From a virus (Duplodnaviria > Caudoviricetes): 64,000 bases of DNA. The translations under genes were made by a program, and so were the position numbers. Positions 57,304-64,000 of this stretch are shown here, piece by piece (position 1 is the first letter of the stretch; every line of letters begins with the position of its first letter). Below the pieces are notes generated by a model. That model ran no database searches and was not told the origin of the DNA. It saw only the letters and a list, made by a program, of their open reading frames with translations. Location of the stretch: IMG/VR virus record IMGVR_UViG_3300019874_000002, positions 32,001 through 96,000 of that record; one strand, 5' to 3'.

Positions 57304-59394
57304 TTATTGTGCCACAGGCTGACCTGGCTTTGAAGACTTCACAGGCTTTACTTCTGACGTTCCAGAAGAAGGCTGACCTTCCAGTACCTTCCCGGTGATC
57401 ACATCGAACAGCAACCCAAAGTAATCACCATCTAATCCATGAGCATCACCAAATTCGGCCAAATGTGTACTCATAAACGATACAAACTTCTGTCTCGCAT
57501 CTTCGCCATATTTCTTCTGCATCTGCATAACGATTTTCTGAATCACTGCACGTTGTACATTCAATGCAGAACAAAACTCTGCGACATTTAATGTATGTTT
57601 TGGAGCCTGTGGTTTCGAAGGATCAGGTGCACGCACATCCTTCTGATCTGGTTTTTCCGGATGGTCTGCAGCAATAGGTTCCTGGTCTGCATTTGGAGAT
57701 GGCAAATCAGGATGTGGTAATTTCGTTTCTTCTTTTTTGCCAGCTTGCATTTCTGCAGGATTACCGTTTGGTTGCTGTGACGATTGAGGTTTAGCTCCCT
57801 GCTCTCCTGGATAATTATATCTCACCTGGCCACCACTACCGAGCTTTTTGGAGCTAGCTCCAATGACCTTTGAGCCAACCTTTTTATTACTTGCTTCACG
57901 TTGATCGTCGGACATCTTAGGCAATGCCTTTACCAGCACAGCCTTCCTAAATGGAACAGTCATCCGCTTGCCTCCAATCGATAACGCGACTGAATCGAAA
58001 TTAATGTCGACAGGCTCAAAACGCTCCAATGGCGTTTTGTCTTTCTTTCCGATATATGCAAGCGTTACGTGCGGTGTAAAACCATGAACACTTCCGGACG
58101 TCAGTCCAGCTTGGCGCAACAGCTCCATCAAACTAGAATGCAATCTCGTAATGTCTGGTGAATCAACAGACAAATAAATAACATCCTTACCTTCCGACGA
58201 TTCACTAGCACTGAACCGCCCAACGCCGCTCAATGAAGCCTTGATACCGAGCGCTAGACTTGTAAATTTACGAACAACAGCAGCCGCGGCTTTCTTCCGC
58301 TTCTCGGTCAATCCTTTACCAAGATACGCGAGCGTAATGTGCATCGACTCTGGGGACTCACCGCCGCGGATAGCGATTTTATTTGCAATCTTGTCCGGTA
58401 AGTGCAGCGCGATCATCGTACCGCTGTGCGCTCCGCCTTTAATAATCAGAGTCGGCATCAACTGGTTAGCTTGTGCTAAAATCTTTACGTCTACGTCGTC
58501 ATTTAATAGCTCTAAAGCTTCAACCAACGTAACCCATTTCGCTGCTTCAACCTCTTCACCGTCAACACGAGTGACAACACTCCTAGGTGTCATAACGTAG
58601 TAATCGCAAGTACCGCCGTCATTATGTGTAAACCGCCCAAGTTTTCTATCGATTTCGCACGGTAGTCCTGTTTCTTCTTTTACCTCGCGCAACGCCGTCT
58701 CGACATTATTTTCGTACTGATTTGGATAACCTTTTGGAAACGTCCAATCATACCCACCAAATCCATTAGTAGGTTTAATCAACAAAACCTTCCCATCAGA
58801 ATTCATTACAATCCCACCCCCACAAACTCTCGTCGTGTCTTTATCTAAAACACGATTTACAAATGCGCCCTGCATCAACTGTCTGTAATTACCAGGAACG
58901 CGCTCCACCGTGTCGTCTCCAGACGGCCCCCAAACTCGTGTTGTAGATTCTGGCGCGTCTTCTAATTCTGCGGTCGCATCTCCGTACTGAGGAAGTGGAG
59001 ACTGTCTAGACCCAATCTCTTGATTGAAAACTTCCTGTTCTCGGTCCGCCCTCTCTGCATCAAACTTCGACGTCAATCGTTGCTCTGCCTCTTCCAATTG
59101 CGTACAGAAATCCAATATCGCCACGTCGTCACTATCAAGAGGTTTTGCTGTAAAACCATTACCGTTTAATGCAAAAAGGAACGGCCGATCGTGAGAATAC
59201 AAAACACCTCGGTAGCCTAGCTTCGTACGCTCGACAAATACTCTGTCAATTGGTTTCACTGTCGACAGTTCGCGAACGTCATCTCTAATCACGTCGTAAA
59301 TACCAACCGGCGCTGCCTCCAAATCACCACGAACTGGTTTGGCGTTTACAATCAGTAGTTTTGGATGCACTGAAAGCATCGTGCTATTTTTCAT
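57304..59394 (-). CDS. Nudix hydrolase + 2H phosphoesterase (Acb1/LigT-like) fusion
   Basis: Nudix box PKG...ETALREVKEETGL; two HxT motifs, HITLAY and HVTLAY. Confidence 0.85.
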   Translation of the reverse strand: MKNSTMLSVHPKLLIVNAKPVRGDLEAAPVGIYDVIRDDVRELSTVKPIDRVFVERTKLGYRGVLYSHDRPFLFALNGNGFTAKPLDSDDVAILDFCTQLEEAEQRLTSKFDAERADREQEVFNQEIGSRQSPLPQYGDATAELEDAPESTTRVWGPSGDDTVERVPGNYRQLMQGAFVNRVLDKDTTRVCGGGIVMNSDGKVLLIKPTNGFGGYDWTFPKGYPNQYENNVETALREVKEETGLPCEIDRKLGRFTHNDGGTCDYYVMTPRSVVTRVDGEEVEAAKWVTLVEALELLNDDVDVKILAQANQLMPTLIIKGGAHSGTMIALHLPDKIANKIAIRGGESPESMHITLAYLGKGLTEKRKKAAAAVVRKFTSLALGIKASLSGVGRFSASESSEGKDVIYLSVDSPDITRLHSSLMELLRQAGLTSGSVHGFTPHVTLAYIGKKDKTPLERFEPVDINFDSVALSIGGKRMTVPFRKAVLVKALPKMSDDQREASNKKVGSKVIGASSKKLGSGGQVRYNYPGEQGAKPQSSQQPNGNPAEMQAGKKEETKLPHPDLPSPNADQEPIAADHPEKPDQKDVRAPDPSKPQAPKHTLNVAEFCSALNVQRAVIQKIVMQMQKKYGEDARQKFVSFMSTHLAEFGDAHGLDGDYFGLLFDVITGKVLEGQPSSGTSEVKPVKSSKPGQPVAQ

Positions 59395-62300
59395 TTTCGC
59401 ACACGCTTTCTAATGACGATAGCCTTTGCCACTACAGGAGCGTCCTTGCCAAAGACTTTACGAACTGACGACGCGACGCGCGTCAATAGTCCAGGCTTCT
59501 TTCCTTTCACTGGAGGCGCAGCATCAAATTCTCCTTGAGGTAGTTTCTTGGCAGATTCACGCATATTGTGCTGCGTGTCTATTGCCTGCTTTGCTTCCCT
59601 ATTGCGGCGTTTCTCCTCTTCAGACATATTTGCATTTTTTGCATGCGCGCGGTCCACTGATTCTTGGCGCTCCCTAGCCTTCCGTCGGTCGTCTTCGTAA
59701 AAGTGTTGCTGCTTCTGTGCTTGAGTCATCCCGGCTAGTGGGTCAAACGGCTTGTGCACATAACGAGGTCTTTCCTTTGAAAGCTTCTCCAATGGAGACA
59801 ACTCTCTTGGTTCCTCAGGCTCCTCACGAATTCTTTGATTGTTTCCAATCACAAAATCTGGCGTATCTGCGTACTGCTGTTCCACAGAAGCCGATACGGC
59901 CGGTTCATTCTCCTCGTCGCTACCAATCCGATGGTGCCCAATACGTGTAATCGCTTCACGCTCCACCGCGGCACTGGCATCTGCGCGCGCTTGATTCTTT
60001 GCTTCTCGTTCATGATAGCGTGCAGCGGCTTTGTCCTTTGATTCTTTGTAAAACGCGGCACGATTCTCCAGGTCTTTTTGCGTCTCAACGTACGTAGTTT
60101 TGACCTCGCCACGACGTTTAATACGCTCAGCCTCCAACTCTTTCTTTACTTTTACCTTCGCTTCTTTCACCGCCGTCACAACGGCTTTATGCTCGTCATG
60201 CTCACCAGCAAGCTTTGCAATCTTCCGGTCTAATGAGCCATGCTTCTTTTTGTCGACAGTTTTCTTTTGTGCCTTGAGCGCAGCCATCTTCTCTTTAATC
60301 GTCTTCATCTGGTCACGGTGCGCAGCCTCTGTATAGCTGTGAGTCTCAAGTTGCTTTTGATGTCCACGCAAACGCTCTCTTGCGTCAACAACATGGCGTG
60401 CAACATTTGAACGTTCCGAGTCTTCTGCGCCTTGCTTTCCATAAACAACATCACCATGGTCATTACGGTACCAAATACCGCCACGCGACCCCGGTTGCTT
60501 GACGATATTAATGTGCTTTAGGATATCGCTCAGAGCATCATATGCGTCAATGCACTCTGCAAATGCCTTTGCTAGATCGCTCCCCTTCGCAACCTTCAAA
60601 GCCTTCCGTTGCTCCTGCTCAAACTCCACAATGTGCAAACGATTCTCGTGCTGCCTATACGCAGCATGTTGCCTCGTTTTCCAGGTTGCCAAATCATTAC
60701 TCGTCGGCATATCGCGCACCGCCAAACGCGACATGTACTCTTTAACCATTGGATGCGCCCCACCAAGAGCATTAGCGGCGGCAGTAAATTGAGCTACCGC
60801 TTCTTGGTCTGCACCTTTGGTATTATGCAGTTTAACAGCTGCTTCGTGCAACTGCACAACACCGACTTTTTCATGCCAATTCGTATTACCTTTAGCATCC
60901 GTCACCCACGCACCAACATCTTGCGCGGCCTGCATTGTACCATGCGCTTGTTCATGCACTGGTGCCAGATTAGGAATCTGCTTGAGATTCTGAACTAGCT
61001 TGTAATGCTCATTCAAAACCTCTGCTTTCTGCTGCAGCTGCTTTGGGAGCGTTACATTCTTTATTTGCGCTGGCAGATTCAAATCATTTGCGATGCCAAG
61101 CTTTACAGCCAAATCTCGATTGGAACCTGGTTGCTTAAAAAACGTAATCGCTGGATGCTCGTGAGCACGAACATGTTGAACCTTCGGCTCCGCCAGCTTG
61201 GGCATTTGAGCCACAGGAACGGCCGTCCGATCCTCAATCTCTCGACGATTGAGTTTTGCCACCTTCGACTCGAGACGAAGCCACTTTTCAACCACCAATC
61301 CATCCGGTGTCAAACCGCCTTGTCGCGTCTTCAATCTATTATTTACGTGCTCTAAAGCTGCGGCGTACCACTTCTCCAAATGGTATCCTTGCTTATCAAC
61401 AGAGAGTGTCCCTAGCAGCGCCTTCTTTCCTTTGGGCAGCTCTACAGTGACACCAGCAAGCTTTGTGGCAATTGATGAAACACCATGCTCGCTACCAGTC
61501 CACGGACGGCCCCAATGCAATCCAGCTTTGCCGTACTTCTCTTGATGCCTCGCGCGTTGCTCATTGAACGCGTGCTCTTGTGATTTATCAGGATGCGAGT
61601 CGTCATCGTCCATCCACAAACGCGATTCTAACGCATAACGCATATGTGGCGGTAGATCGGCGATAGCTTCTCGAATAATCTTCTTTGCAATTGGCTCGTA
61701 GTGATGCAGCTCAAAATGCTCCCTCGGAGAAATCATCTTCGGAGCTTTGTACTCCTCCTCCTCGTGGAGATCTTCAAGCGCTGTTGCCCCAAGCTCAATC
61801 GCGGCTTGCTTCGCAAACTGCTCGAGATGGTTCTTAATCGCGTTCTCTGCGCGCAAATCAAAACGGCTGTACTGGCCTTTTGGCTCGTCATTTGGAACGT
61901 ATTTGTTCGCTTGATCGAGGAGCACTGCGACAGCTTCATTAAACATGTCACGCTCGCGATCATACATATAACGCTTAGCAGATGACTCCGCCAACTTTCC
62001 AGCATAACCCTCCCTATGCGTTACCTCATCCATTTCTCTATAGATGTCCGTCGAAGCGAACACACTACCAAACTTGCGAGTCCACCTTCGGATAAAAGGC
62101 GCCCATTCCTTCAACAACTGCTCACGAACGCGTTTGCTCTTATTGTCAGGGTTCCAAATTCCCAATGTAATGAGCGTCGTCAGCGGCCGACCTTCTGTTC
62201 GTGAAAGCTCATGTTGCAATTGCGCAGGAGAATCAAACTTATTCACCGCCCACATTGGAAGCGGACTGATCTCGCGTTTACCTACAACCTCGTCGAATTG

Positions 62301-63101
62301 ACCTTCGCGATCAGCTCGAGCTTTCGCCTGACCAGCTTCCGTCTTGGCGTGACTTGGTTTTAGCGCTCGCAGTGACGCGTCGAGATACGCCGTCGCAATC
62401 ACGAGCGGATCCTCTTCTGCAGTTAAAGGCTCTCCGATTGATGTCCGGTTCTCCGGTAGCCTCTTAGGCACATTGTGGATACCCAACTCTTCAATCGTCG
62501 GTTCAATCTCGTAAACACCGTACGGTCCGTGTTCATGCACCTCACGCACACCACCGAGGGGCCGATCGTGTGTTCCAGTTGCTGGCAGTTCAATCTTGTC
62601 TTTGGTCGGCACGGGCTCACGAGGCTGTGCTTCGACCTTATATTGCGTAATCTTCTTTGGGAGTCCTTCCTCACTACCGCCGTATGCTCTAGCAACGGAT
62701 GAATCCCTAAACTCAAACGAAGTGTACCCTTTGTGTCTTTGAACTGGATCAACAACGACTTTGCCCCTGTCTGTTGTCCGAGTCCGGTACTCAATCAGTA
62801 AACCACGCTTCTGCCAAAACCTGCCGCCCTCTTTGAAACCGTATTCCCCGAACAACTCCCTATTAATTATCTCCCTGATTGCAGCTTGCCCAGTGACTTG
62901 ACCCTTCTCGTCAAGCTCATTTTCATTGGGGTAAACATATTCAACCGTTCCATCCGAGAGCGTGATCTTTGCAATGTATTTGTGCGCCGCACCTTTAACA
63001 GACTTCTCGTCATATCGAACATTGCCATGCTCGTCTAAACGAAACTTAGCACCCCTTGCCCCAGGGCGCTTTACGTTCTCTGCTTTGAAAAGGAGCAGCA
63101 T
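59391..63101 (-). CDS. Large multidomain protein with sigma70-like region
   Basis: REQLLKEWAPFIRRWTRKF...DMFNEAVAVLLDQANKYVP...SRFDLRAENAIKNHL (region 2-like); IIREAIADLPPHMRYALESRL (region 4 start-like); coiled-coil C-terminus. Confidence 0.6.
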   Translation of the reverse strand: MLLLFKAENVKRPGARGAKFRLDEHGNVRYDEKSVKGAAHKYIAKITLSDGTVEYVYPNENELDEKGQVTGQAAIREIINRELFGEYGFKEGGRFWQKRGLLIEYRTRTTDRGKVVVDPVQRHKGYTSFEFRDSSVARAYGGSEEGLPKKITQYKVEAQPREPVPTKDKIELPATGTHDRPLGGVREVHEHGPYGVYEIEPTIEELGIHNVPKRLPENRTSIGEPLTAEEDPLVIATAYLDASLRALKPSHAKTEAGQAKARADREGQFDEVVGKREISPLPMWAVNKFDSPAQLQHELSRTEGRPLTTLITLGIWNPDNKSKRVREQLLKEWAPFIRRWTRKFGSVFASTDIYREMDEVTHREGYAGKLAESSAKRYMYDRERDMFNEAVAVLLDQANKYVPNDEPKGQYSRFDLRAENAIKNHLEQFAKQAAIELGATALEDLHEEEEYKAPKMISPREHFELHHYEPIAKKIIREAIADLPPHMRYALESRLWMDDDDSHPDKSQEHAFNEQRARHQEKYGKAGLHWGRPWTGSEHGVSSIATKLAGVTVELPKGKKALLGTLSVDKQGYHLEKWYAAALEHVNNRLKTRQGGLTPDGLVVEKWLRLESKVAKLNRREIEDRTAVPVAQMPKLAEPKVQHVRAHEHPAITFFKQPGSNRDLAVKLGIANDLNLPAQIKNVTLPKQLQQKAEVLNEHYKLVQNLKQIPNLAPVHEQAHGTMQAAQDVGAWVTDAKGNTNWHEKVGVVQLHEAAVKLHNTKGADQEAVAQFTAAANALGGAHPMVKEYMSRLAVRDMPTSNDLATWKTRQHAAYRQHENRLHIVEFEQEQRKALKVAKGSDLAKAFAECIDAYDALSDILKHINIVKQPGSRGGIWYRNDHGDVVYGKQGAEDSERSNVARHVVDARERLRGHQKQLETHSYTEAAHRDQMKTIKEKMAALKAQKKTVDKKKHGSLDRKIAKLAGEHDEHKAVVTAVKEAKVKVKKELEAERIKRRGEVKTTYVETQKDLENRAAFYKESKDKAAARYHEREAKNQARADASAAVEREAITRIGHHRIGSDEENEPAVSASVEQQYADTPDFVIGNNQRIREEPEEPRELSPLEKLSKERPRYVHKPFDPLAGMTQAQKQQHFYEDDRRKARERQESVDRAHAKNANMSEEEKRRNREAKQAIDTQHNMRESAKKLPQGEFDAAPPVKGKKPGLLTRVASSVRKVFGKDAPVVAKAIVIRKRVRK

Positions 63102-63102
63102 G

Positions 63103-63999
63103 TTAATTCAAATCAATCTCAAAAAAGTCCATATCAATTGATTTCTTGACACTGCCCAATTGATCATGGTGTGCAGACACAATATTTTTCGCACCTGACA
63201 GTCCGTCCGCTTCACCGAGCTTTTGGAACGTTTGACCTCCCCCAGGTTTATAGCTCACAGATGCACGATTAACGACCTTATCGTGACTGATCGAGTACAT
63301 CCCATGAGTCGCAATACCTGCGTGATAATCAGTTGCAGGTGACTTCATCGTTCGTTTGAAACTGACAGTACCGTGAAATGGTTTGGGGCCAGAACCAGAA
63401 CCGCCTTTATACAAATCGTTATCTCTCACAGATGAATGCACGCTGGACTCCCAATCGTTTTGCTTCAGGAAACGAATGTTGTCGTCCTCTTCGTGAGATT
63501 CGTCTTGAGGTTTTGAACCTCGCGCCATTGCACCAAGCTTTTTACCAGCATCTTTCGCCGTCGGAGATGGCCCGTCTCCAGCATTGCCAAAACGGTTTGC
63601 GTACGGTTGCTCTGGAGGCTGTTCCTCGTCACCACCTTCATCACCACCAGGAGCGCCCATTCCAGGCGGCATTCCGCCAGCACCTCCGCCTTGCTGTTCT
63701 GCCATTTCCTTCTGCATGAGATACTGAAGGTAAACAGGATTGGCGATCACATCACCATGCTTCACTGGACCGACATCATCCAATGCGCGCAGCTCATTGA
63801 TAGTGACGTGCGTTTGACCTTGCTTCTGGCGCAGCTCTGCAGCTTGTTCCTCACTCTTCGCATCGAGACCTACGAGCACAAACTCAAAATCCTCATCGAT
63901 ACGGTCAACGATGTTCCGATTGATGAAGGTTTCAAAGAAGCGAAGGAGAGGCTTTAATCCTCTGTCCTTTGAAAGCTTCTGCTGAGCTTCGTTATTGCC
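63103..63999 (-). CDS. Portal protein, C-terminal part (5' end outside the window)
   Basis: Frame is open to the window edge: SKDRGLKPLLRFFETFINRNIV...FVLVGLD...TINELRA...GDVIANP, matching Herelleviridae-type portals. Confidence 0.85.
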   Translation of the reverse strand, partial: GNNEAQQKLSKDRGLKPLLRFFETFINRNIVDRIDEDFEFVLVGLDAKSEEQAAELRQKQGQTHVTINELRALDDVGPVKHGDVIANPVYLQYLMQKEMAEQQGGGAGGMPPGMGAPGGDEGGDEEQPPEQPYANRFGNAGDGPSPTAKDAGKKLGAMARGSKPQDESHEEDDNIRFLKQNDWESSVHSSVRDNDLYKGGSGSGPKPFHGTVSFKRTMKSPATDYHAGIATHGMYSISHDKVVNRASVSYKPGGGQTFQKLGEADGLSGAKNIVSAHHDQLGSVKKSIDMDFFEIDLN

Positions 64000-64000
64000 C

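Larger units (their letters stand above)
1..64000 (-). mobile_element. Segment of a large myovirus-type phage genome (Herelleviridae-like virion module)
   Basis: Co-oriented, tightly packed portal, protease, capsid, neck, sheath, tube, tape measure, baseplate and fibre genes, followed by helicase/primase and many small ORFs. No host housekeeping genes, integrase or att site seen. Confidence 0.95.

Noticed and set aside
1-64000. Alternative genetic code (stop-codon recoding)
   Set aside because: Long genes are intact and tightly packed under the standard code; the two breaks found are frame changes, not in-frame stops.

Overview
This window is 64 kb of a large tailed dsDNA phage genome with a contractile tail. 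Essentially all credible genes lie on the minus strand. Read in transcription order (right to left) it contains: (1) the C-terminal part of a portal protein resembling SPO1/Twort (Herelleviridae)-type portals; (2) about 14 kb of large non-structural-looking genes between portal and prohead protease: a 1236-aa protein with a sigma70-like domain, a Nudix + 2H-phosphoesterase fusion, a modular His-rich protein, a 1463-aa SNF2 ATPase, a MuF-type head protein and a PI3/4K/HipA-like kinase; (3) prohead protease, a frame-split scaffold, major capsid protein, neck, sheath, tube, tail chaperones with a probable +1 frameshift, tape measure with SLT domain, baseplate and fibre genes; (4) a replication module of SF2 helicase, DnaB-like helicase and primase; (5) about 14 kb of small accessory genes with repeated promoter-like elements, a GHKL ATPase, an SLT transglycosylase and a MoxR/CobS-type AAA+ ATPase. 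The best candidate for a new system is the portal-to-protease cassette. Its proteins carry the same hydrophobic-x-K|(A/G/S) motif as the capsid and scaffold, often at domain borders, and two of them share a repeated ~20-aa tag. This suggests head-packaged, protease-matured polyproteins that deliver anti-defence or host-takeover enzymes. One small gene resembles a myxobacterial protein family, hinting at a Myxococcota host. All family assignments are from motif recognition by eye; no database searches were run.
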